Of a DNA stretch of 64,000 nt, positions 1-9,795 are shown piece by piece (the stretch's first letter is position 1; each line of letters opens with the position of its first letter). The DNA is from an uncultured virus (IMG/VR IMGVR_UViG_3300031853_000028) (taxonomy: Duplodnaviria; Heunggongvirae; Uroviricota; Caudoviricetes). The translations under genes were made by a program, and so were the position numbers. The notes beneath the pieces were generated by a model, which worked only from the letters and a program-made list of their open reading frames with translations, did not search any database and was not told where the DNA came from. Where the stretch lies: IMG/VR virus record IMGVR_UViG_3300031853_000028; one strand, written 5' to 3'.

Positions 1-96
1 ACATATGGTAATTATCATGTTGACGAATGGTTTGAAACTAGAGATAGTATTACAGGTGAAATCATTGTTGACATTAACATTAAATTAATCATTTAA
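1..96 (+). CDS. 3' end of a gene truncated by the window edge
   Basis: Frame 1 is open from base 1 to TAA at 94-96 (TYGNYHVDEWFETRD...KLII*), followed by the SD of the next gene. Confidence 0.5.
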   Translation, partial: TYGNYHVDEWFETRDSITGEIIVDINIKLII

Positions 97-113
97 ATAG
101 TCTAAAAGGAGTA

Positions 114-359
114 GTGAAAATGAATCATACAGAAATTATGGAATATGCAAAAACAAATTATAAAATATTAAATCAGTATCAGGCAATGTTATTTATATCA
201 AATGGTGCTGACCTTAAAGGAACATATGTATCACATACTCTTGTTAATGATACATATAAGATGGTTTATGTGTTTGAGCGAAACGATTATAACACAGAAT
301 TATTAAAGAAATTTCATAATAGAGATTTAAAGTTTGGAGATATAATAAGTGTGTATTAA
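114..359 (+). CDS. Small hypothetical phage protein (DUF5659-like)
   Basis: SD AAGGGAG then GTG; motif NQYQAMLFISNG...MVYVF. Confidence 0.55.
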   Translation: MKMNHTEIMEYAKTNYKILNQYQAMLFISNGADLKGTYVSHTLVNDTYKMVYVFERNDYNTELLKKFHNRDLKFGDIISVY

Positions 360-402
360 AGTTTAAATATAAATTAGTTGAAATATGAAAGGAATGTAAT
401 AA

Positions 403-1416
403 ATGAGTAGAGAAGAGAAAAAAGAAGTTAAAAAAAGTTTCATCATTAAAATTCAAGAAAAAATAGTTAATTTTATAATACAATATAAAGCATCAAGAAC
501 AAGAATGAAGTATGAACTTAATATGTCTGAACAACAAGAATTAAAAACAAAATTAGAAAAGGCATATATTGAAAAAGATATTAAAGAAAAGAAGTTGGCT
601 ATTCGTTTAGATACATCAAACAGAATTAAAGGTTTCATATATCTATTCTTTTCTGTTACGACAAATATAGTTTCAATTGCTTTGAGTGTTTTAGGTATAA
701 CAAATGTTAATACGTTTAAAGATTTATACAGTAATATAAACATTCTTAGTTATGGATTGTTTATAACATTATTGCAGTTCAGTGTATGGCTTGTTTCTTT
801 TAACAGCAATTACATTAAACTAAAATTCTATAATCATTATAAAGCATTGAACTTATTACAGAAAATGTTAATAGGTATAAGTATGTTAGGTAACTATTTA
901 TTCTTATCAAGATTAATAGTTGGTAAAACATTTTTAGATTATTTGTTTGCTATTGTTGTCGCAATTTCATTAGATATAGTTTCTAATAAATTTTCAGGAT
1001 TATCACAAGATTGTTTTTATTTAAATTATTCTAAGTATTCATTTAAGAATGAGATAGATGATTATAACGATAATTATTTTTATATGTTTTGGTTCATTAT
1101 TACATATAAACTTAGAGTGTGGATTAAAGAACAGTATTCAAAAAGAATTATTGATTATAAAACAAGAATGAAGAATATAGGTTGTTTAAAATCAGATGAT
1201 GATTCTGTTTGTGATAATTCAAATAATAATATGGATATTGTTAATATAAATTATGATTATGAAAATATTAAAAGAAGTATATTGAAAATGAATAAAGGGC
1301 AGATAGTAAGTGCAAAGAAATTTAATATTAGTAGTAAGTCTTGGAGAGAATTACAAAAACAATTAGTTGAAGATAGATTAATTATAATTAATGGCAGTAA
1401 AAGTTTAGTCGCATAA
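403..1416 (+). CDS. Multi-pass membrane protein of unknown function
   Basis: About 4 hydrophobic segments (aa ~75-200) between charged N- and C-terminal parts. Confidence 0.7.
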   Translation: MSREEKKEVKKSFIIKIQEKIVNFIIQYKASRTRMKYELNMSEQQELKTKLEKAYIEKDIKEKKLAIRLDTSNRIKGFIYLFFSVTTNIVSIALSVLGITNVNTFKDLYSNINILSYGLFITLLQFSVWLVSFNSNYIKLKFYNHYKALNLLQKMLIGISMLGNYLFLSRLIVGKTFLDYLFAIVVAISLDIVSNKFSGLSQDCFYLNYSKYSFKNEIDDYNDNYFYMFWFIITYKLRVWIKEQYSKRIIDYKTRMKNIGCLKSDDDSVCDNSNNNMDIVNINYDYENIKRSILKMNKGQIVSAKKFNISSKSWRELQKQLVEDRLIIINGSKSLVA

Positions 1417-1420
1417 GCAG

Positions 1421-1876
1421 GTGATACGTTTGTTAAAAAGATACAAGGTTAGTGCTAAAGATGATAGAACATTTAATGGCATTGTGTTTGATTCAGAAGT
1501 TGAAATGAAATTTTATAAAGATGTTGTGCTATATAAATATAACAATGGAGAAATAAAATCATATGAATTACAAAAGAAATATACATTACAACCTAGTTAT
1601 ACAACATCAAAAGGAAAAAGAGTTTTACCTATTGTTTATATAGCAGATTTTTATATTGTTACAAATGATGATAAAGAAATAGTTATAGATATAAAGGGTT
1701 GTCCTGATGACGTAGCAAGATTAAAACGCAAACTATTTGAATACAAATATCCAGAATTAGATTATATGTGGGTAGTTTATTCAAAGGTAGATGGTGGTTG
1801 GGTTGAATACGATTATGCTAAATCAGAAAAGCGAAAAAGAAAAAAAGAAAGACAGAAAGGAAAAGAAGTCAAATGA
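1421..1876 (+). CDS. DUF1064-family PD-(D/E)XK nuclease
   Basis: GIVFDSEVE...YELQKKYTLQP...YIADF...VIDIKG. Confidence 0.8.
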   Translation: MIRLLKRYKVSAKDDRTFNGIVFDSEVEMKFYKDVVLYKYNNGEIKSYELQKKYTLQPSYTTSKGKRVLPIVYIADFYIVTNDDKEIVIDIKGCPDDVARLKRKLFEYKYPELDYMWVVYSKVDGGWVEYDYAKSEKRKRKKERQKGKEVK

Positions 1877-2346
1877 ATACAAAACATTTAGAAGATTTAA
1901 TGTTTAAAGAGTTATCTTCAAGAAATAAACTCTTGGTATTTGAAGTAGGTATTCCTAAAAGACAACGATTTAAAATTATTAATTCTTTGGAACGTGTAGA
2001 TGCTTGTATTTATGATATTGAAAGAAACGAAGTTAACATGTATGAATTAAAAGTAAGTGTTGGAGATTTTAATTCAAAAGCAAAGTTATCATTTTGTGGA
2101 GATAGGAATTATTATGTTCTTGCAGAAAATATATATAAGCATGTATCGCATAAGATACCTAAAGATATAGGAGTTTATCTTGGTAATGATAAAGGTGAAT
2201 TTTGGTTGGAAAAGCCAGCCAAAAGAAAAAAAGCAACTGTTGATAAAAAGTTAATGCTAAAGAATGTAACTAAAGCATTGAATAGGGAGTATAGAGAGTA
2301 TCGAGAGTATTTATATAAGCAGAGAAAAAAATCAAACTGGTTATAG
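1873..2346 (+). CDS. PD-(D/E)XK nuclease-like protein (MmcB-like)
   Basis: FEV...RVDAC...YELKVSVGDF...NYYV. Confidence 0.6.
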   Translation: MNTKHLEDLMFKELSSRNKLLVFEVGIPKRQRFKIINSLERVDACIYDIERNEVNMYELKVSVGDFNSKAKLSFCGDRNYYVLAENIYKHVSHKIPKDIGVYLGNDKGEFWLEKPAKRKKATVDKKLMLKNVTKALNREYREYREYLYKQRKKSNWL

Positions 2347-2364
2347 AGAAAGGTTGATGATATT

Positions 2365-2658
2365 ATGTTTAAATATTTTAAAGAAAGAAAAGAAAAAAAA
2401 GTTAATCAAAAAGCAATTGAACTTTTAACTTTAAGTATTCTTATGAAGATAAATGAATTTAAAGTTGAAGAATTTTTAACAACATTAAACGATTTAATGA
2501 CTAATGTTAAAGAGATAGCAGATACATTTAATCCAGATGATATAAAGGCATCATTAAATGCATTAGTCGAAATAAGCAAGAATCCAAATTTATCAGAAAA
2601 GTTTTTTGATAGTATTATAGAACGAGCAAATGAAGAAAATAATAATGAGGGGGAATAA
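2365..2658 (+). CDS. Hypothetical protein
   Basis: ORF with SD, in operon. Confidence 0.6.
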   Translation: MFKYFKERKEKKVNQKAIELLTLSILMKINEFKVEEFLTTLNDLMTNVKEIADTFNPDDIKASLNALVEISKNPNLSEKFFDSIIERANEENNNEGE

Positions 2659-2661
2659 TAC

Positions 2662-2907
2662 ATGGCAGGTATTTTAACAAAGATTGGTGAGATTCCTAAT
2701 GTTGGAGTTTGTGAATTTGTTGTTGATACTGTTACAGAGGTTGAATATTTACCAACAACTACAAGTAAAGCAACAGGAACATTTGCTAATGATCCATCAA
2801 TGAATGTTGTTCCAACAATTGGAAGTAAATGTATTGTTGGAAATGAAAGTGATCCAATTAAAGTATATATGTTATTTACAAGTGGTTGGAAGGATCTTGA
2901 TGAATAA
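2662..2907 (+). CDS. Small hypothetical protein, probably virion-associated
   Basis: SD GAGGGGG; EFVVDT...LPT...IGSKC...VYML pattern; lies directly before a fibre-like gene. Confidence 0.6.
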   Translation: MAGILTKIGEIPNVGVCEFVVDTVTEVEYLPTTTSKATGTFANDPSMNVVPTIGSKCIVGNESDPIKVYMLFTSGWKDLDE

Positions 2908-2928
2908 TTACTAAAGGGGGGATAAATA

Positions 2929-5900
2929 GTGGATATATTATCTTGGGTTTTAGCAAAGAAATATGCTAATTCAATTGTAAGTAGTTCAGGTTTATCTGGA
3001 AAAAATATTCAGATTTCAGATATAAGTGAAATTACAGGTGGAAATAGAATTACATTTAGTTGGTATGATGAAGATAATGTTGAACATACTTCTACGCTTG
3101 ATGTAATGGATGGTGAAGATGGATTAAATGGAAGTGATGGTGCCAATATATGGACTACTTCTACTGCTCCAACATCATCAAATGGAACATATGTATTTAT
3201 AATTTCAAATTTAACTGGTAATAATGGAACAGTTAAAGTTGGAGATATTGTTTTATATTCCTATAAATATTATCAAATTACATCAATTGATTCAACTACT
3301 TGTTCTGCAACATCTTACATATCAATCAGAGGTAGTAATGGAACAAGTCCCACTATTACTTCAAGTGAAATAACAGGTGGTCATAGATTAACTATAACTG
3401 ATGCAAATGAAACTAGTACAGTAGACGTAATGAATGGTATTGATGGAACGGATGGCGAAGATGGTGCTAATATATGGACTACTTCTACTGCCCCATCTCA
3501 CTCATCAGGAACAACTATTTATACATTCACAATTTCAAATTTAAGCGGAAATTCTAACAACACTATTAAAGTTGGAGATTTGATTTTTTATAGTTATTAT
3601 TATTATCGAGTTACTTCAATTGACAGTACAACTGTAATAACAGACGGAAGAACAAATATACGAGGAACTACAGGTAGTTCATTATCGTTTAATTGGAACG
3701 GAACAAGTTTAGGTATAAAGGGTGATAATGATGCAGAATATACATATGTTGACTTAAAAGGTGAAACAGGTTCAAATGGAACAAATGGTGTGTCACCTAC
3801 AATCGCAACATCTAGCATAACAGGTGGTCACAGGCTTACCATAACAGATGCCAACGGAACTAACACTGTAGATGTAATGGATGGAACTAATGGAACTAAC
3901 GGAAGTGGAACAGATGTATTTTCAGGAAAGAAAGTTTTATTCTTAGGTGACAGTTTTATTCAAGGTTATGGTTGTCATGTTGCCAATAACAATGCCAATG
4001 CAGGTACAACTACATACTCTAATATGTCTACTGTAGATTCATCAAATGTGGCTTGGGCGAAATCATTTTATGATAGACATAGTGATGCTACTGTGAGAAA
4101 TATTGCAATATACGGAGCAACATTTGCACAAAGTAATAGTAGAGTTAATATATGGGGAGAGTTATATTATTTCTATGTGAATGTTTCAAACTTTACTCCC
4201 GATTATATTATATTTGATGGTGGAGCGAATGATGCTTTTATTAATTCTACTACTGCTTCAACAGATAATGATTATATTGATTTAGGAGAATTATCTTCTG
4301 ATAGTAATTATACTTCGTTTTATTTCGAGAATGTAAGTAATGCAAACAATGTCTTAGAGTATGAATGGACAAAGACGTTACCATCACTTGAAGCATTTAT
4401 TTCATTTGCACAAAGAAGATACCCTAGTGCTAAGTTAATATATGTTGAAGAGCCAGAGATTAATCAGAGTGGTGTGCCATCTGCAACTAAGGCTAAGATG
4501 ATGTATATTAAATCAGAGATTAGACGTGCTTGTGATAAATGGGGTGTAACATATTTAAAAATTACAGATAGAGGAAGTCTTAATGGGTTGTATTATGGTA
4601 ATACAGATTATTATAGTGGAACTGATGCAATGCATCCTCGTCAGAAATTTTATGATGAAACAATAGACCAAATTGAACAAGCAATGTTAGGTGATAAGCA
4701 AATGCTTATGACTATGGCAACTAATAAAAGAGGTTTGAGATTTTGGAATGTGTCTAACGAAGAATATGGATTGTTAGATGATGCAGTTAAATCAAATGAA
4801 AAGAATATATTTAATGTTTATAAATCTTATAACACTAATAACTTGATTGATGAAAGTACTATATTTTCTAGTTTATCAACATCAAGCAGTATACAAATAA
4901 ATGGTAAAGATACTTATGTTTTATCCTCTGGAAATTCAATAGATATATATAATGGTGAACCACCATTAACAGGTAAATTGAGAATAAGTGTAGATATAAA
5001 AGCATCGGCAGTAGATTCAACTGGTGTTGATTGGGTTTCAAATTTACAAGCAATCGCATTTGATAGTGAAAGTAATCCATACTATATACCAATAATGTTA
5101 TATAATACTAATGTTAATACTCTTGAAATAGAAGTAAGTTTAAATACAAATGTTATATGGTTTAAACTCCAACTAAATGCAGGAACTAATCCTGCTCAAA
5201 CATTATACTTCAATAATGTAATTGTTACAAATAGTATTTATAAACAGACTTATTTACAATCTAAGACTTATGAAGATGAAGTGAAGAAACATAAGTTATT
5301 TAATAAACAAATCGTATTATTTGGAGATTCAATCATGTATGGTGCAGGTAATTATGGTTCTAGTTTTATTCCATTTTTATCAGAGGATTTTCGTAACGCA
5401 TGTGGAATAGCGAATAAATCTGTAAGTGGTGCAGTTGTTTCGTACACAAGTAACACTACTGTAAGTAAAATAATAACACAAATGGAGAATTACTTTGCGT
5501 TATGTGATGCAGATTTAGTTATGTTTAATGGAGGCATAAACGATTCATGGGATAATTCTACAACATTAGGTAGCATATCAAGTGGATATGATGCAACATT
5601 AGATACGACTACATTCTGTGGTGCTTTTGAAGAAATACTTAGATATTTAAGAGTTACTAAAAATGTAAAAGTTATTTATATGACTACATATAAATCTCCT
5701 GCTTCTCCTGACTTAAATACATATATGGATAAGGCATTAGAAATATGTCGTAAGTGGGGAGTTCCAGTTCTTGATTTATTCTATGGTGGACAGTTACATG
5801 CAGGTCTTTCAAGTGCAATTAATAATGCATATTTCTTAGATGATGGAAATGGTACAGGAGATTATGTTCACTTAACTGATGATGGATATAAATTTTATGC

Positions 5901-5958
5901 GTCACAAATTGAAGATGCTTTATTATGTGGTGGATATACTGCTAGTTTACCAAGTTAA
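2929..5958 (+). CDS. Fibre/spike-like protein with two SGNH/GDSL esterase domains
   Basis: N-terminal repeats (ITGGHRLTITDA, DGANIWTTSTAP, GxxGxxG). SGNH-1: FLGDSF..GAT..GGAND..DAMHP. SGNH-2: LFGDSI..SGA..GGIND..DYVHL. Confidence 0.8.
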   Translation: MDILSWVLAKKYANSIVSSSGLSGKNIQISDISEITGGNRITFSWYDEDNVEHTSTLDVMDGEDGLNGSDGANIWTTSTAPTSSNGTYVFIISNLTGNNGTVKVGDIVLYSYKYYQITSIDSTTCSATSYISIRGSNGTSPTITSSEITGGHRLTITDANETSTVDVMNGIDGTDGEDGANIWTTSTAPSHSSGTTIYTFTISNLSGNSNNTIKVGDLIFYSYYYYRVTSIDSTTVITDGRTNIRGTTGSSLSFNWNGTSLGIKGDNDAEYTYVDLKGETGSNGTNGVSPTIATSSITGGHRLTITDANGTNTVDVMDGTNGTNGSGTDVFSGKKVLFLGDSFIQGYGCHVANNNANAGTTTYSNMSTVDSSNVAWAKSFYDRHSDATVRNIAIYGATFAQSNSRVNIWGELYYFYVNVSNFTPDYIIFDGGANDAFINSTTASTDNDYIDLGELSSDSNYTSFYFENVSNANNVLEYEWTKTLPSLEAFISFAQRRYPSAKLIYVEEPEINQSGVPSATKAKMMYIKSEIRRACDKWGVTYLKITDRGSLNGLYYGNTDYYSGTDAMHPRQKFYDETIDQIEQAMLGDKQMLMTMATNKRGLRFWNVSNEEYGLLDDAVKSNEKNIFNVYKSYNTNNLIDESTIFSSLSTSSSIQINGKDTYVLSSGNSIDIYNGEPPLTGKLRISVDIKASAVDSTGVDWVSNLQAIAFDSESNPYYIPIMLYNTNVNTLEIEVSLNTNVIWFKLQLNAGTNPAQTLYFNNVIVTNSIYKQTYLQSKTYEDEVKKHKLFNKQIVLFGDSIMYGAGNYGSSFIPFLSEDFRNACGIANKSVSGAVVSYTSNTTVSKIITQMENYFALCDADLVMFNGGINDSWDNSTTLGSISSGYDATLDTTTFCGAFEEILRYLRVTKNVKVIYMTTYKSPASPDLNTYMDKALEICRKWGVPVLDLFYGGQLHAGLSSAINNAYFLDDGNGTGDYVHLTDDGYKFYASQIEDALLCGGYTASLPS

Positions 5959-5969
5959 TATTAAGTTTG

Positions 5970-6008
5970 AGTATGTTGACTTAGATTAAACATTTAAGTC
6001 AACATACT
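5970..6008. repeat. Intergenic 14-bp perfect inverted repeat
   Basis: AGTATGTTGACTTA ... TAAGTCAACATACT. Confidence 0.8.
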
Positions 6009-6032
6009 GTATTTTTGAAAGGATTGATTGTT

Positions 6033-6248
6033 ATGACAAGAGTTGAAGAATTAAATAAAAAATATACAGAAATGAGCGAAGAATTTGAAACAAGTTTAAA
6101 TGAATTAAGTGAAATGGAAAATTCAGTAGAGGATTTATATCCAATATTTTTAGATAATATATCAATATATCTAAAAGACATATCTTTAACACTAGGTAGA
6201 TTATGTGATGCAATTAGTAATAGAACTGTGGCAGGTGATGATGATTGA
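6033..6248 (+). CDS. Small acidic/coiled-coil hypothetical protein
   Basis: SD GAAAGGA, ATG at 6033; stop overlaps the next start. Confidence 0.55.
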   Translation: MTRVEELNKKYTEMSEEFETSLNELSEMENSVEDLYPIFLDNISIYLKDISLTLGRLCDAISNRTVAGDDD

Positions 6249-9200
6249 TTAAATTAAATAATAAATCTGTAGCAACATTAGTTGAATACGAAGAAACGAG
6301 AAAGTCACACATCTTTTACATAGATGGAAAGAAAGTAGTTATTCCTAAATCTAGTGGTGGAACATCAACAAGTTCAAGTAGTGGTGTCGGAGAAAAAGGT
6401 GATAAAGGGGATAAGGGTGATACTGGAAATGGTATTGTAAGTGTAACTAAAACATCAACAAATGGATTAGTTGACACATATACAATTACATTCACTAATG
6501 GTTCTACAACTACATTTGATGTTACTAATGGCTCAGGTTCAAATGGAACAAGTGGTTCTGGAAGTTCAAGTTCATCAAGTGGAAGTTCAGCAGGCTCACA
6601 AGATGTTAGTGTTCCTAATTTTATAAAATGTATTGGTAATAAATTTTATGATGTTTACGGAAATGAATATAGAATTAAAGGTATGAACTTTGATAACTGG
6701 GCGTGGTTTAATCCATCTGTGCCTATGGAATGGTATTGTAATGAATCAACTTATTTAGAGTTATCTAATATGGGAATTAATACAGTTAGGTGGTATTTAA
6801 ATTATGCATTAATTGAAGATAACGATAATCCACTTACCTACAAACAAAGTGGATGGAATTGGTTAGACCAGAATCTTGCTTGGGCAGAGAAATATGGTAT
6901 TAAGATAATAATCAATATGCATGTACCACCTTCTATGCCGACAGATGATTGGGATGATTCAAGGATTGAAACATTACAATTATGGGTTGGTGATGATGCT
7001 ACTAGTAACATGAACAGACTTAAAGCATTGTGGCAAGCAATAGCAACAAGATATAAGGACAATCCTACAGTTTTGGGTTATGGATTATTAAATGAACCTA
7101 GAGTACCTTATATTAACAACAGTGTATCTGACAGTGAAGCACAGTGGGAAACTCTCGCTGGACAACTTAAAACTCTTATAAGAGCAATTGATACTAATCA
7201 TGTCTTATTTGTTGAACCTACTACTAAAGTTCATGATATGGACAATGACGAAGATTTAGTTACAAATTATAGAGAAGCAATGTTTACTCTTAATGATGAT
7301 AATTATTCTATGGAAGTGCATCTATATGAACCAATGGAGTTAACACATCAAGCATCCAATGGTTATCCAATAGGTGAATTTACTTATCCTAAAACAGATG
7401 TAATATCTTTAGTTACAAACGAATGGGTTGATTCTACGGAATATTCTGATACAAATGATGCAACAACTTATAACTTTTCATCAAGAACATATCAGACAGT
7501 TGAATCTAATACATATATGGTAGCATCTAATAGTACAATTAATATAGGTTATGCTATGCTTAATTGTTATAACATTGGTAATGGTAATACAGTTTATTGG
7601 GATAATTTAAAAATCGCACAATATGATACTAATGGTACGTTTGTTAAATATGTTAAGGAATATAATTTTAATACACAAGATGATTTTGTTATATCATCTG
7701 TATATTGGAATAATAATGTTAATTGGAGTTCAACTGGTGGTGTAGATAACAGTGGTTGTTTAATCACTACAGACAATGGTGATGATTATATGATTTCTCA
7801 AAATGGAGATTATAAATATTTTGCTATAGAAAAAGGATATAAGTATCGTGCTATAGCAACTATTAAAATAATAGGCTCTAATACATCAACCATTTTACCA
7901 CAAATCGCTTTCTGTCATACAGACAGTGTTCATGGTGTTGATAAAGATTATTTAAGAGAAATAATGTTATCATATAAAACTATTGCTAATAATAATAATG
8001 TTCCTTTATACATTGGTGAGTTCGGATCGTTTGTTGATTCCTTCCCTTATGGTGGTAGAACGTGGACAGCCGATATGTTAGATTTAATGAATGAGTATGG
8101 TATTAGTGGTTCATATCATCAGTATAAGCCAGGTTTGTATAGTAGTTACTACTCTTCTGTTGTTGATAGTGACAATGTCAGAGTTACAGAAGGAACAGAT
8201 GTTAGAGATGGATTATTATATAATATCTTTAAAGAAAGATGGGGTAATTCCGAAACTACTTTAACAGGCGATTCATTAACTAGAACTATAAATGGAGAAG
8301 ATGTGTTAAGTTACAAAACATCTAAAGTTAAATCTATGGCACTATCTTCTTCTACTTCTCAAAGTATTTGTGTTGTTGGTAGAAATATGGCTTCCATAAA
8401 ACAAATTGAAGGAACATCTACAACAGTTGTTAATAATGTAACATCATATACAATGGATGGTTTGACTATATCTGTTGAAAATGATGGACAGGTAACAATT
8501 AATGGAACATCAACTAATAGGGTTAGAATAAGATATAATAAACCAAAAGGTGTTTACTTAGTTGGAAAAACTATGCAAGTTGGTTGGGGTGTTAGTAGTG
8601 GTACTGCACCTAGTGGATTAAAACTAAGTACAAACTTGTATTATCGAAGTGGATATACTCATAATTTTACATCAAGTTCATTTGGTTTAAATGATGGACA
8701 GATAGTTAAAGCAGATACATATGATACTATGTATATTGAAATTCCATCAGGTACAACTTTTAGTAGTGTGACATTTTGGGTAAGGTTAGAAATGTTAACA
8801 ACAGAGAATAGTTCATATTTAGATTCATATCAACAAGCAAAATTTATCAGATATGAAAATGTAACATCTTCTGTTTCAGTAGATAACATATCTAATTTTG
8901 ATGATATTATTACAATTATCCCTGAAACTGGAAGTTATATTTTAGATATAACAACTAATGAAAGTGCATTTGAAGTATTAAACAACGAGGTTGCAGATAT
9001 AAAAGTTTCAATTCAATCATTAGATAAGTTAGCAGGAAAAACTATTTGTTGTTGTGGAACTTCTCTAATGCAGGGAAATAATACTGGTACTAATTGGTGT
9101 ACAGTATTAGCAGAAACGTATAAGAATACATTATTTGTTAACAAAGCAGTTGGTGGTTCGTCATTCAATACACATTCAAGTGGCTCAAGTTTTGAAATTG

Positions 9201-9655
9201 GTAATCAGATTGTAACCATTGGTGACTTAACAAGTGTACCTGATATTATTTTAGTTGAAGGTGGAATGAATGATTATCTTACACAGAAAACTGTTGGTAC
9301 AGTAACTGCTCATGATTATTCTTCTACTTTCGATAGGAGTTCTATGGCAAGTGGTATTGAGGAAATTATAAAGTATTGTTTGACAAATTATCCTACTGCT
9401 AAATTATTATTTATGACTTGTCATTATTATCATAATGCAACTAACTTTCCAATACCTATGTCACAGTATGTAGATGTTATGATTGAGGCATGTAATAAAT
9501 GGAGCATACCTTGTTTAGATTTATATAGATATGGTGGTTTGAATCCTAAAGCACCTAATGCTGGTACTTGGTTTAATGGTGATGGTATTCATTATATTGA
9601 AGCAGGATATAGACGTACTGCTCCTATTATTGCTAATTTCTTAGAACAGTTTTAA
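6245..9655 (+). CDS. Collagen-linked GH5 glycoside hydrolase with C-terminal SGNH domain (putative virion depolymerase)
   Basis: GEKGDKGDKGDTG; GH5 motifs GINTVRW, INMH, LLNEP (7091-7099), VHLYEP, YIGEFG (8015-8026); C-terminal CCGTSL..GGMND..DGIHY. Confidence 0.85.
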   Translation: MIKLNNKSVATLVEYEETRKSHIFYIDGKKVVIPKSSGGTSTSSSSGVGEKGDKGDKGDTGNGIVSVTKTSTNGLVDTYTITFTNGSTTTFDVTNGSGSNGTSGSGSSSSSSGSSAGSQDVSVPNFIKCIGNKFYDVYGNEYRIKGMNFDNWAWFNPSVPMEWYCNESTYLELSNMGINTVRWYLNYALIEDNDNPLTYKQSGWNWLDQNLAWAEKYGIKIIINMHVPPSMPTDDWDDSRIETLQLWVGDDATSNMNRLKALWQAIATRYKDNPTVLGYGLLNEPRVPYINNSVSDSEAQWETLAGQLKTLIRAIDTNHVLFVEPTTKVHDMDNDEDLVTNYREAMFTLNDDNYSMEVHLYEPMELTHQASNGYPIGEFTYPKTDVISLVTNEWVDSTEYSDTNDATTYNFSSRTYQTVESNTYMVASNSTINIGYAMLNCYNIGNGNTVYWDNLKIAQYDTNGTFVKYVKEYNFNTQDDFVISSVYWNNNVNWSSTGGVDNSGCLITTDNGDDYMISQNGDYKYFAIEKGYKYRAIATIKIIGSNTSTILPQIAFCHTDSVHGVDKDYLREIMLSYKTIANNNNVPLYIGEFGSFVDSFPYGGRTWTADMLDLMNEYGISGSYHQYKPGLYSSYYSSVVDSDNVRVTEGTDVRDGLLYNIFKERWGNSETTLTGDSLTRTINGEDVLSYKTSKVKSMALSSSTSQSICVVGRNMASIKQIEGTSTTVVNNVTSYTMDGLTISVENDGQVTINGTSTNRVRIRYNKPKGVYLVGKTMQVGWGVSSGTAPSGLKLSTNLYYRSGYTHNFTSSSFGLNDGQIVKADTYDTMYIEIPSGTTFSSVTFWVRLEMLTTENSSYLDSYQQAKFIRYENVTSSVSVDNISNFDDIITIIPETGSYILDITTNESAFEVLNNEVADIKVSIQSLDKLAGKTICCCGTSLMQGNNTGTNWCTVLAETYKNTLFVNKAVGGSSFNTHSSGSSFEIGNQIVTIGDLTSVPDIILVEGGMNDYLTQKTVGTVTAHDYSSTFDRSSMASGIEEIIKYCLTNYPTAKLLFMTCHYYHNATNFPIPMSQYVDVMIEACNKWSIPCLDLYRYGGLNPKAPNAGTWFNGDGIHYIEAGYRRTAPIIANFLEQF

Positions 9656-9701
9656 TATTTTAATAAGTGCTTCTCTGCTTTAAGTGAGAACCTTTATTTT
9701 T

Positions 9702-9750
9702 GTGAGAGATAGTTAAGGCTATGTTGTAGGTTCAATTCCTACTCTCTCAC
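9702..9750 (+). ncRNA. tRNA-like mini-element (acceptor-like stem + T-arm, no anticodon arm)
   Basis: GTGAGAGA/TCTCTCAC stem enclosing a small hairpin and GTAGG-TTCAATT-CCTAC. Confidence 0.55.
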
Positions 9751-9795
9751 TTTTTAAATTTATAAAATTAATTGATATTTAAGGGGTTGATAATT

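Noticed and set aside
9702..9750. Full tRNA gene
   Set aside because: No anticodon arm and only 49 nt; reported as a tRNA-like element instead
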